Assembly (NCBI GenBank): GCA_029838215.1
Contig: JALGVI010000022.1
Coordinates: 1-39,632 of the forward strand
Source: Candidatus Helarchaeota archaeon
GTDB taxonomy: Archaea; Asgardarchaeota; Lokiarchaeia; Helarchaeales; RDOG01
Length of the DNA stretch: 39,632 bases
Reading direction: 5' to 3'
The position numbers were made by a program, and so were the translations under genes. The notes beneath the pieces were generated by a model. The model worked only from the letters and a program-made list of their open reading frames with translations. It ran no database searches and was not told where the DNA came from. Of the stretch, positions 1-8,369 are shown piece by piece (position 1 is the stretch's first letter; each line of letters opens with the position of its first letter).

Positions 1-2
1 AA

Positions 3-221
3 TGTCGTGTAATCGCCGAAAAGAAACCAGATATAACCGATTCCAAAGCAGAGAAATAATATCCCCCAATCCAATTCGATTATGGACGGCACGCCTTTTC
101 TCCTGTTGTTTATATATTTCACGAAGAAGAAGACAGCTATTTCAAGGAAGACCGCCATGATTATCAATTCTAATGAGATCAAGATCTCTTGGAATGGTCC
201 CGTTATCGGATAGACTACCAT
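3..221 (-). CDS. Membrane protein, truncated by window edge (probable paralogue-type 7TM protein)
   Basis: Not in the ORF track. ATG at 221 on the minus strand, open to the window edge: MVVYPITGPFQEILISLELIIMAVFLEIAVFFFVKYINNRRKGVPSIIELDWGILFLCFGIGYIWFLFGDYTT. Two hydrophobic helices; starts 4 bp after the stop of the 7TM-longin gene. Confidence 0.75.
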   Translation of the reverse strand, partial: MVVYPITGPFQEILISLELIIMAVFLEIAVFFFVKYINNRRKGVPSIIELDWGILFLCFGIGYIWFLFGDYTT

Positions 222-225
222 GGTA

Positions 226-1323
226 TCACATTTCTATTGTTATTAAATTCTTAATGATCATCTCGGTTGGTTGGAAGAATTCGGAGCGAGATTTCATGAT
301 TTCTGCTGCGTCGTATTCTTCCAAATAATCCTTGAAATAGGTTTCAAATTTGGACGTGATCTCTTTCAACACGTATCGTGCATTTAATAAGTTCTTTTTG
401 GTAACCATTGCAACGATGATTTTTTCCCCATTTTCGATTAGAATGAGATGTTTTTCCAGATTAATGACATCTATGTTTTCTTTTGATTCTGTAATTTCAT
501 TTAACATCCTTATCATGCCCGAAATGCCGCCCGTGAAAAGGTCTTCGCTTTTTATTTCGGCTTCCAAGAAATCCTTATGGTATAACCCGATATTCCTTAC
601 CTTGTCGATGACGTGAACGGAAACAAGGTTTTTCACCCATTGTAATTCTAAAGAGAATGTATTACCTCTAAAACCAAAAAACATCAGAAAGATTCCTATG
701 AATGTCAGGATTTGAGATGAAAGCAGGATGTAATACGGAAATGAAAAATACGCCTGAATGAAAATGTAGCGATTGCCCGAAGAGAAAAAGAGACCCGTAT
801 AAAAAAGCAGGATGCCCAGCAGTGCGACCTTTAACTTCTGCTTGATTTCCCCGAATGTATTGAACGTGAAATAGATTGTGGAGGAAATACAGGGACTCAA
901 GAATAACGCATGAAAAACATTCAAGGTGACCAAATTCATCGGAGTGGGCCACGGAATTAGCGCCATGACTACCGAAATTGTAAATGTCAGCGTTATAGTA
1001 TAGTGCGTTTTAAAGCTTTTCCTGAAAGCATGTTCCAAATTAATATAGAAGATAAGACCACCAACGCCTCTCACGAGGATGACCGTGATGATGAGGAGTG
1101 AAAACAACTCAATGGAAAGAAAATGAAACTTGTAATAAGTCGAGATGAAATGACTTATTGCAAACGAAATGAAATACAAACCATAACTCAGAATGATGAC
1201 ATTTCCTGCTTGCTTTCTCCGTTGCGCATTCCATTGAATCAAGAATATCATGCCCAATTGAAAGATGAAAACAGAAATCATGTAACCGAGACCGATCAAA
1301 ACGCCAATTTCTAGGTCATTCAA
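226..1323 (-). CDS. 7-TM membrane protein with C-terminal longin-like domain
   Basis: About seven hydrophobic segments in aa 1-220. The soluble C-terminus has a longin-like pattern (SVHVIDKVRNIGLYHKDF...DLFTGGISGMIRMLNEI...ILIENGEKIIVAMVT...LKEITSKFETYF). Confidence 0.7.
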   Translation of the reverse strand: MNDLEIGVLIGLGYMISVFIFQLGMIFLIQWNAQRRKQAGNVIILSYGLYFISFAISHFISTYYKFHFLSIELFSLLIITVILVRGVGGLIFYINLEHAFRKSFKTHYTITLTFTISVVMALIPWPTPMNLVTLNVFHALFLSPCISSTIYFTFNTFGEIKQKLKVALLGILLFYTGLFFSSGNRYIFIQAYFSFPYYILLSSQILTFIGIFLMFFGFRGNTFSLELQWVKNLVSVHVIDKVRNIGLYHKDFLEAEIKSEDLFTGGISGMIRMLNEITESKENIDVINLEKHLILIENGEKIIVAMVTKKNLLNARYVLKEITSKFETYFKDYLEEYDAAEIMKSRSEFFQPTEMIIKNLITIEM

Positions 1324-1367
1324 TTAGGCACACCCAATACATCTTATCATTCACCATCCGGTCGTCT

Positions 1368-1910
1368 TCAGGTGACAAGCGATTTCCGAAAGATCGTATA
1401 TATTGTTGTCTTGAAGATCTTGTGGTTAAATTCGGGCGGAACCGTGTTCTTAACCATTTCTATTAGCCTGTCAGCCTGCTCACGTGAAAAGTTCTCAAGC
1501 CTTTCTATATCGGGATCGTATTTGTGCAAGAAAACTGAGAGATTGATTTTTGCATTTTTCTTTTTTAATGCATTTATGATTTTTTGCAAATAATCCAAAG
1601 CCACGTCATAGCGTTCTTTGTCCTGAACGTCGATGACGAATAGAATCTTGTCAACGCCTTCCATGAATTTGTCTAATTCTTCCAAATATGACTTGCGGTA
1701 TTTTTCTTGCCCACCAAAATCCCAAATATTGAAAAGCGTGTTTCGATCTTCGAAATTTATAATTTTCAAGCCAGGAGTGGGTTTTAATGAGTAATATGAT
1801 AATAAATTAGTATTACGTTCAAGACTAAGTCTAATGGACGTTTTTCCGCTATTATCAAGACCCATTATCACGATCTTGGCTTCTTTTTTATCATGTGTCA
1901 TTTTACTCAT
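1368..1910 (-). CDS. Small GTPase, Rag/Gtr-like (Arf/Rag-related), G-domain only
   Basis: G1 GLDNSGKTS, G2 PTPG, G3 WDFGGQ, G4 HKYD (HKxD is Rag-type), G5 TTIY. No C-terminal roadblock domain (180 aa). Confidence 0.85.
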   Translation of the reverse strand: MSKMTHDKKEAKIVIMGLDNSGKTSIRLSLERNTNLLSYYSLKPTPGLKIINFEDRNTLFNIWDFGGQEKYRKSYLEELDKFMEGVDKILFVIDVQDKERYDVALDYLQKIINALKKKNAKINLSVFLHKYDPDIERLENFSREQADRLIEMVKNTVPPEFNHKIFKTTIYTIFRKSLVT

Positions 1911-1957
1911 GTAGAACCCGCCTCCATCTATCCTACAAGCCCGATATCAAACAGCAC

Positions 1958-2350
1958 TTAGTATAGAGTATCAATGACATCCAATGCAGATAACTCATCT
2001 ATCTTCTCTCGATGCCTTTGCGACAGAAAAGAGCTAATTGCAGCCAGTATGGTGAAGATTCTGGGATCTCGAATCTTGTAAAACTTCCTTGCACCTACTT
2101 TTCGCACGGAGATGAGATCCGCCCCTGTTAGTGTTTTTAATTGCTGGGAGATTGTTGATTGGCTCTTATTCAATGCAATTTGTATCTCGTTCGCCATTTT
2201 TTCGCCGTGTTTTAAATATTCTAAAATTTCTAGTCTAGTGAAATCCGCTAGAACCTTGAGAAAATCAACCAAATTTGAAATCAACTCTTGCACTTTTGAT
2301 TCACGACCTGAAAATTTTTGCTCGTTCAATATCATTTTAGCTAATAACAC
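1958..2350 (-). CDS. ArsR/SmtB-family transcriptional regulator
   Basis: FLKVLADFTRLEILEYLKHGEKMANEIQIALNKSQSTISQQLKTL...RKVGARKFY winged-HTH pattern. The start may be ATG at 2335. Confidence 0.9.
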   Translation of the reverse strand: MLLAKMILNEQKFSGRESKVQELISNLVDFLKVLADFTRLEILEYLKHGEKMANEIQIALNKSQSTISQQLKTLTGADLISVRKVGARKFYKIRDPRIFTILAAISSFLSQRHREKIDELSALDVIDTLY

Positions 2351-2371
2351 ATCGTGTTTAACATATTTAAG

Positions 2372-2388
2372 TATTGTTATATAACGAT
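2372..2388. promoter_or_regulatory. Palindromic operator/TATA candidate 1 (tattGTTATATAACgat)
   Basis: Perfect 10-bp palindrome GTTATATAAC just upstream of the arsR-like gene; 16/17 identical to 2456-2472. Confidence 0.55.
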
Positions 2389-2455
2389 TCCACGATTCAA
2401 TCTTTCAAAACCGGTTTAAAAAGTGACAATCTATTTATACTTTTGGCTTTCGTTA

Positions 2456-2472
2456 TATTGTTATACAACGAT
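2456..2472. promoter_or_regulatory. Palindromic operator candidate 2 (tattgttatacaacgat)
   Basis: Direct repeat of 2372-2388 with one mismatch, 84 bp away, in the divergent intergenic region. Confidence 0.55.
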
Positions 2473-2613
2473 ACGGCAATATGGGTTAAAAAAAGATTGA
2501 AAAATGAAGGATTTACGAGGAGATTCTTGGATGAATAAAATGTCTTTTCAAATTTCTGCAAGCGAAGGGTTAAGAAATAATTCCATTATCAAAAAACAGG
2601 AAAAAAACAAATT

Positions 2614-3279
2614 TTGGATGACGATCAAGAATCAATCCTTCAAACAGATAAATCTATTTCAAAATGTTATAAAAATAAGCGAGGGGTGAGGAAAATTTCC
2701 GTGATGAGAAAAAATGTATCGATACGAAAAGATTTGGCGGAAGAGCTTGCACACATGGCCCGGGATGATGGACGATCTATCTCTTCCTTATTGAATGAGA
2801 TCTTGAGTGCATCAATTCAAGTATTGAAGGCTCATGATTCTCCGATAACCGAAATATTACAGGAATATGAAGACCTGATGATGGCAAAAGAGATGGGTCT
2901 GGTTCTCACGTGCGAGCAGGAATTCTTGGAGCAGGAAGAAATTAAAAAACGCATGATTGAAAAATGGGCAAGTTGGGGAGATTGGCTTGGTTTTTACCTG
3001 CAAGCACGTTTTCGCGATGAGGGACTATACCTCGTTCACCGGATTTCCAAGGTAATATTTTGGAAAAATGCAAAAATTGAATTTGAGTGGGATTCTGATT
3101 TGAATCCAAAGGAGCTCACAATTCGAATTTACGGTTCTGCCCTGAAGCCGATGAGAGGCGAGTGCATCGTTGCGGCTTATGAAAAGATCTTTGACCATTT
3201 TGGTTTTAAAATGGCTGAAAGTGAAGTCATTCATGGAATTTGCAAGATCATTTTCAAGAAATCAGGAGATTTAACATGA
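2614..3279 (+). CDS. Ribbon-helix-helix N-terminus + V4R-like ligand-binding domain
   Basis: KNVSIRKDLAEELAHMARDDGRSISSLLNEIL is an RHH pattern. The C-terminus (GDWLG...GECIVAAYEKIFDHFGFKMAESEVIHGICKIIF) resembles V4R. Likely start ATG 2704. Confidence 0.65.
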   Translation: MDDDQESILQTDKSISKCYKNKRGVRKISVMRKNVSIRKDLAEELAHMARDDGRSISSLLNEILSASIQVLKAHDSPITEILQEYEDLMMAKEMGLVLTCEQEFLEQEEIKKRMIEKWASWGDWLGFYLQARFRDEGLYLVHRISKVIFWKNAKIEFEWDSDLNPKELTIRIYGSALKPMRGECIVAAYEKIFDHFGFKMAESEVIHGICKIIFKKSGDLT

Positions 3280-3447
3280 AAATTTTACCCGAAAAAATAG
3301 ATATGGCGCAAGATCCTCTTGAAAATTGCGTGAAATCGTTTTTAAAATCGAGGAAAGACACGTAAGAATGCTTATGTACGAAATGGAAGATAAAGAATAT
3401 TGGAGGATTTTCGGGATCTTTCCTGACAATGACTTGGAGTCTTAAAA

Positions 3448-4218
3448 ATGGAGAAAATTATAGAAATTATTGACAAGCTTGAAGAATACTCAACGGAGAA
3501 AAGCGAAATTGAAGCATTGGATAATTTGAAAAAACGAATTAACATGATAAATTCAATAAACAACCAGATAATTGAAAACGAAAAAAAAGCGGGAAGCATG
3601 AGTTCCATTTCAAAAGGTTCAAACTTTGATGAAGATTTGGAGCAGCTTAAACGACAGGTGAGTAAGGGTTTTACGAATTTATTCAAGCTTTCGAGTAAAA
3701 TAGAATTACGCGCTTCACCAAAGGCAATCTTGGCGGAGAAAATTGAAAAAGTCTTTGAAGATATTGCGGATGAGAATATTTGGGGAATTAGCATTTACGA
3801 CGAAATTGTAAATGACATTAAATTGCGATTGAAGAGAAACTTGATAGATAAGGTCACGGACGAGGATTTCGTTACGGATAAAAGTTCAACGGATTTTAAA
3901 TCGGTGCAAGATCTTCTGAGCAAGGAATTGGATGAGATTAATCAACATCTATCGGGAATCAAGAAGGAGTATGGTCCACAACTCAAGCTCCAAGCCGTCA
4001 TGAAGGAATTATATGATGAATTGTTACCAAAATTGACCAAATCAATCATGGACCTTCGAGAGAATTCGGATAAGATGACCTTGGAAATTCAAAACGAGCT
4101 TTCAAGCATTCGTGGCAAGCCCAAGCAATTATTGAAAAATATCAGGGGCAAGATGCAAGATTGTCCAACAAAAAAAAGACCGTTCTACTTCTCAAGGATA
4201 AATTTTAAAGGGCATTGA
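3448..4218 (+). CDS. Alpha-helical/coiled-coil hypothetical protein (possible 3' frameshift)
   Basis: Long ORF rich in E/K/L heptads; no recognised motif. Confidence 0.7.
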   Translation: MEKIIEIIDKLEEYSTEKSEIEALDNLKKRINMINSINNQIIENEKKAGSMSSISKGSNFDEDLEQLKRQVSKGFTNLFKLSSKIELRASPKAILAEKIEKVFEDIADENIWGISIYDEIVNDIKLRLKRNLIDKVTDEDFVTDKSSTDFKSVQDLLSKELDEINQHLSGIKKEYGPQLKLQAVMKELYDELLPKLTKSIMDLRENSDKMTLEIQNELSSIRGKPKQLLKNIRGKMQDCPTKKRPFYFSRINFKGH

Positions 4219-4228
4219 ATGAAAATAA

Positions 4229-5272
4229 GTGATTATAATGACCGAAGATTTGATAGTAGGCATAATTTATTCACAATTTGACGAGATCTACGGTCCTACA
4301 CCCGTTTCTTGGTATCCACCTGACATGAGTAAAGAATTGAGGAATCTCGTTAGCTTGAAATCAATCAACATGTTAACGGGAGAGCACGGATTGGTTCCGG
4401 AATCACTTGCCTTTCTCCCATTCCCTTCGTTTGCAATGGGAGGGTTGATAAAATCCATAGAACTTAAAGATGAAACAAAAAGAGGAGGCTCCATTGATAG
4501 TTCAATTACGATTCTCTTTAAAGAAGCACACGATCCCATTTTCTACAAGTATTTCAAGAACTTCGAGTCCCGCGTGAATGAAGCCGCAGAAAAAATCGTC
4601 GGTTTTGAGAGATCAAATATCAAAAAAAGATTCATCCAAGAGGAATTGGAGAAGCTTCATGAAGACATCATCGGATATTTAAAAGAAATGAAAGATGCAG
4701 AACTCGGAACGTTAGAAGAGAATGCATTTCCTAAAGGTCAGGAGTTTTCCACGTCAGATCGGACATATAGTTATAAGATCATTGTTTGTGGAGATCCCGG
4801 TGTCGGGAAGACTTCTCTAATCTTGCGGTTTACGAATAGAGCATTTCGGAAGACATATCTGCCCACAATGGGAGTGAACATCAGCGAAAAGAGAATTCGA
4901 ATAGAAAACGCCGTAATTAATTTCATATTATGGGATTTGGCAGGACAGACAAAATTTCAGACAATTCGGAAACATTTTTATCAAGGAGCGAATGGTTTGT
5001 TACTCGTATTTGACCTGACAAGACCAATGACGTTCAAAAACATCACTAACTGGCACGACGACATCAAAAAATTCAGTAGTTTAAAAATCAAAGGTTTCAT
5101 TTTGGGAAATAAGTGTGATTTGACGGATTTAAGAGAAGTATCGAAAGAAGAAATCGAAAAAATGGCGGAAAAATTAAATCTTAATTACATTGAAACATCG
5201 GCTCGGACTGGAGAGAAAGTCGATGATGCCTTTCATGAGCTGGGTGAGATCTTGCTCAAGACGAGGTCATGA
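4229..5272 (+). CDS. uDENN/longin-like domain fused to Rab-like small GTPase (paralogue 1)
   Basis: N-terminal IIYSQFDEIYGPTPVSWYP (FxxxxGP motif). C-terminal GDPGVGKTS, YLPTMG, WDLAGQ, NKCD, ETSA. Likely start ATG 4238. Confidence 0.85.
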   Translation: MIIMTEDLIVGIIYSQFDEIYGPTPVSWYPPDMSKELRNLVSLKSINMLTGEHGLVPESLAFLPFPSFAMGGLIKSIELKDETKRGGSIDSSITILFKEAHDPIFYKYFKNFESRVNEAAEKIVGFERSNIKKRFIQEELEKLHEDIIGYLKEMKDAELGTLEENAFPKGQEFSTSDRTYSYKIIVCGDPGVGKTSLILRFTNRAFRKTYLPTMGVNISEKRIRIENAVINFILWDLAGQTKFQTIRKHFYQGANGLLLVFDLTRPMTFKNITNWHDDIKKFSSLKIKGFILGNKCDLTDLREVSKEEIEKMAEKLNLNYIETSARTGEKVDDAFHELGEILLKTRS

Positions 5273-5379
5273 ACGTTTTTTCATCGAAACATGATTAAAA
5301 ACAAAAAATTATAATCTAAGAATATATGATTCGAGTTCCTAAAATCAGAAACATTGATATTTAATGCCGTCAAATAAAA

Positions 5380-6441
5380 GTGGTGATGACGGAAAAAGGG
5401 ATCATTTATGGAATCATCCATGCACAATTTAATAACAAACTCGGACCGATTCCAATAGCATGGACACCTGCGGATTTAGCAGATAACATTAAAGGTCCGA
5501 CAAGTTTTAAATCCATTAATTTATTGCTTTCAGAAGGCGAATCAATAATACCGGGTTCTCTTGCGATCATTCCTTTTCCATCCTTGAACCTAAAAGGTCT
5601 CGTCCGATGCTTCAAAGTCAAGGATGAAAATGCCATTTCGGGTTTTAGAGAATCATCCATCACCATAATTTTTAAAGAAGAGCATGATCCGATTTTCTAC
5701 AAGTATATCAGAAATTTTGAGCCGAAATTTGACAATTTAATCGCTGAATTAGAGAATGTTTCGGATGATGACATTGAAAAAGGAATTTTAGTAGAAAAAA
5801 TCACCGAATTTTATTACGATTTGAATTTCATGCTTGATGAACTCAGGGAAGCAGAAATATCTTTTAAAAAAACAGATGAATTTCCTGAAACAGAAGAAGA
5901 TGAAGACATTAAGAAATATACATTCAAGATAATCGTTGTTGGAGATGTTGCGGTCGGCAAGACTTCAATTATATTGCGGTTTACGGACAATGCTTTTAGA
6001 AAAACCTATTTACCGACAATGGGCGTGAATATAAGCGAAAAAGTAATTAGGAGAAATGGCACGAATGCCAAGCTGACATTGTGGGATCTAGCCGGTCAGA
6101 CAAAGTTTCAAATCATGAGAAAGCATTTTTATCAGGGCGCAGACGGTAAGTTGCTAGTATTCGATTTAACTCGACCGAAATCTTTTAAAAGCATGGTTGA
6201 CTGGCATAAAGATATAAAAAAGCATTGTGACCAAGTGGTTCTCGGTCTTCTCGTTGGAAATAAATCAGACTTGGAAGATGAAAGACGCATTTCCAATGAA
6301 GAAATATTCAAGCTTTCAAGTAGGCTAGATCTCGAATATGTCGAAACATCAGCTCTGACGGGAGAGAACATAGACAAGGCATTCTATGCTTTGAGCGAAA
6401 AACTTATTGCCATTGCTGATGAGAAGAAAGACAATTCGTGA
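5380..6441 (+). CDS. uDENN/longin-like domain fused to Rab-like small GTPase (paralogue 2)
   Basis: IIHAQFNNKLGPIPIAWTP; GDVAVGKTS, YLPTMG, WDLAGQ, NKSD, ETSA. Shares AFRKTYLPTMGVNISEK, LWDLAGQTKFQ, RKHFYQGA and HDPIFYKY with paralogue 1. Confidence 0.85.
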   Translation: MVMTEKGIIYGIIHAQFNNKLGPIPIAWTPADLADNIKGPTSFKSINLLLSEGESIIPGSLAIIPFPSLNLKGLVRCFKVKDENAISGFRESSITIIFKEEHDPIFYKYIRNFEPKFDNLIAELENVSDDDIEKGILVEKITEFYYDLNFMLDELREAEISFKKTDEFPETEEDEDIKKYTFKIIVVGDVAVGKTSIILRFTDNAFRKTYLPTMGVNISEKVIRRNGTNAKLTLWDLAGQTKFQIMRKHFYQGADGKLLVFDLTRPKSFKSMVDWHKDIKKHCDQVVLGLLVGNKSDLEDERRISNEEIFKLSSRLDLEYVETSALTGENIDKAFYALSEKLIAIADEKKDNS

Positions 6442-6472
6442 GGATTTTTCCAACTTGCAAGATGGTGAAAGC

Positions 6473-6718
6473 ATGTCAGAAGCAGAAGTCGATATCAAGG
6501 TTCGTCCCGTGGAAATCATGCGCGTGAAAAACATCATTAGAGGAAGGGCATCAGAATTAGGGGATTTGATGATAAAATTCAGCGATGAAATTGGCGGTAA
6601 AAGCCTGCCTTGTTCGGGATTTGAACCAATGACAATAACAGCCATCATTACAGGGGCACACGGTGAAGAAGAGACCATTGACCGGCTCGTGGCATGGATC
6701 AAGAATAAGTGGAAATGA
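6473..6718 (+). CDS. Small hypothetical protein (81 aa, alpha/beta)
   Basis: ATG 6473 is preceded by GGTGA (archaeal RBS-like) and the gene is followed by a T-tract. The ORF-track start at 6407 overlaps the upstream gene. Confidence 0.65.
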   Translation: MSEAEVDIKVRPVEIMRVKNIIRGRASELGDLMIKFSDEIGGKSLPCSGFEPMTITAIITGAHGEEETIDRLVAWIKNKWK

Positions 6719-6719
6719 A

Positions 6720-6745
6720 TTTTCATTTTTTTTTTCATTCATTTT
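6720..6745 (+). terminator. Oligo-T archaeal terminator candidate
   Basis: ttttcattttttttttcattcatttt directly after the stop of the last co-oriented gene of the GTPase run. Confidence 0.5.
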
Positions 6746-6880
6746 GAAAAACATGTTTTCCTCGGATTTTCCGTGCATGAAGGAATAACTTTTTTATAGA
6801 AACGTGAGAAGGTTAAGAAAATTGGTTTTGGAAATTCATATTTTAAACTATCAGTAGTAAGACAAATCTCTGACAGGTGC

Positions 6881-8089
6881 GTGAACCCAATTCCGGTCTT
6901 TGGATTGTATGATCTTTTTGTAGGAATCGCCTTTTTTTCTTTCACGCCGATTTATCTTTACATTGCAAAAAAGCATTGGGAGGATAATCGATATGCCGCA
7001 TATTCGGCGATAATAACTACCATTGGAACCATTCTTGTTGGCATTCATTTCATCATCACGGCATTACCCATTCTCATTAGTGCGATTTTCGCCACGACCG
7101 TTGAGCAAATTAACGGTGTTTTATATGTTGCCATTCAAATGCCGCTTCCTTATCCCATCTCATCGTTCGTGTTTTATTTTTGTTCTTTTGTCGTGCTATA
7201 CATTTTAGGTTTTTACTTGATAGAAAGCAAGAGAAAAGAATTCGTGGATGCGAAAGAACAAAAAACGGAAGTCCATCCATTAGACAAGGAAGTTTCGCGC
7301 AAGCTTTTTCATATTTGCATCATCGCGGTTATTGTTTGTTATCTCATAATCGGCGAGTTAATAGCAGGTGGAATATTTGATGTCGTTTATCGCATTTTTC
7401 AGTATTATTTTGGACCCAATGCGGCTTATTTCTTGATGCCAATCAATTCCACGACACTTGCCAATTTTCCTCAGCTTTCAGGGCAAGCAATCACGGTATT
7501 CGTGTTCAGCATTTTAATAATTTTGCTGGTCTGGTTTGATTTTCTCCGAATTTTTGATTATCGTTTTTACCCCATGAAAGAGTTGGAATTCGTTTACAGG
7601 AATAAGGAAAAAAACGTGTTGGGACCGCACGTTCACCTTCTCACGGGATGCCTGTTTGCCGCCCTTTATTTTCCGGGCCCCATTGCCATTTCGGCGATTG
7701 CAATGACGGGTTTTGGAGACGCAATGGCAACGATAGTAGGAGTGAGCGTGGGAACTAAAAAAATAAAGCCGCTGGGACGAAAGTCAAGCAAGACTCGCGA
7801 AGGATGCATCGGGGGATTCGTAGGATCTTTTGTTTTTGGTTTTATCTCTTACTATTTCGTGGCTTCGAAGTGGTTCTTGGGCGTTCCGATCCCTTTTCTA
7901 CCATTTCAGATTCTGTCAAGTGCAATCATCATCAATCTCGTGGGCGCAGGCGTATTCTTACTCTTTGATTATTTGGATCCTCCTGTTAGCGATAACATTT
8001 TCAATCCAATTCTCATTTCCATCGTTCAATTCGTCGTGACCATTTTAATTTTTCCACAATTAATAGTCTACCCGCAGATGATCACGTGA
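6881..8089 (+). CDS. CTP-dependent polyprenol/diacylglycerol kinase family (dolichol kinase/VTE5/DGK1-like) with extra N-terminal TM region
   Basis: EVSRKLFH, GFGDAMATIVG, SKTREGCIGGF and VSDN motifs; highly hydrophobic. Confidence 0.8.
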   Translation: MNPIPVFGLYDLFVGIAFFSFTPIYLYIAKKHWEDNRYAAYSAIITTIGTILVGIHFIITALPILISAIFATTVEQINGVLYVAIQMPLPYPISSFVFYFCSFVVLYILGFYLIESKRKEFVDAKEQKTEVHPLDKEVSRKLFHICIIAVIVCYLIIGELIAGGIFDVVYRIFQYYFGPNAAYFLMPINSTTLANFPQLSGQAITVFVFSILIILLVWFDFLRIFDYRFYPMKELEFVYRNKEKNVLGPHVHLLTGCLFAALYFPGPIAISAIAMTGFGDAMATIVGVSVGTKKIKPLGRKSSKTREGCIGGFVGSFVFGFISYYFVASKWFLGVPIPFLPFQILSSAIIINLVGAGVFLLFDYLDPPVSDNIFNPILISIVQFVVTILIFPQLIVYPQMIT

Positions 8090-8090
8090 G

Positions 8091-8339
8091 GTGCTTAGAA
8101 TGCTTGACCTGTTAACAACACCCAATCCAATCCAAAATCTTCACATTCTCTTTGACACGTTTCTCGCAATAAGCGTCGTCACCACGTTCGTGATAATGAT
8201 CGTGCTTTTCTACATTTCCTTGTTTAAGCCGGACCTGAAAAAGAAATGCTACGTTGGTTTGGCAATTGCCTGTGCATTTTTCATCATGCTTTTAGTTTCG
8301 AATTATGTCTGGCCATTATTTTTCGGATTTCCCATCTAA
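8091..8339 (+). CDS. Small 2-TM membrane protein
   Basis: Two hydrophobic helices; GAGGTG RBS overlapping the upstream stop; likely start ATG 8100. Confidence 0.65.
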   Translation: MLRMLDLLTTPNPIQNLHILFDTFLAISVVTTFVIMIVLFYISLFKPDLKKKCYVGLAIACAFFIMLLVSNYVWPLFFGFPI

Positions 8340-8369
8340 GCACGTGATCTAATTCGAATTAAAAATCGA

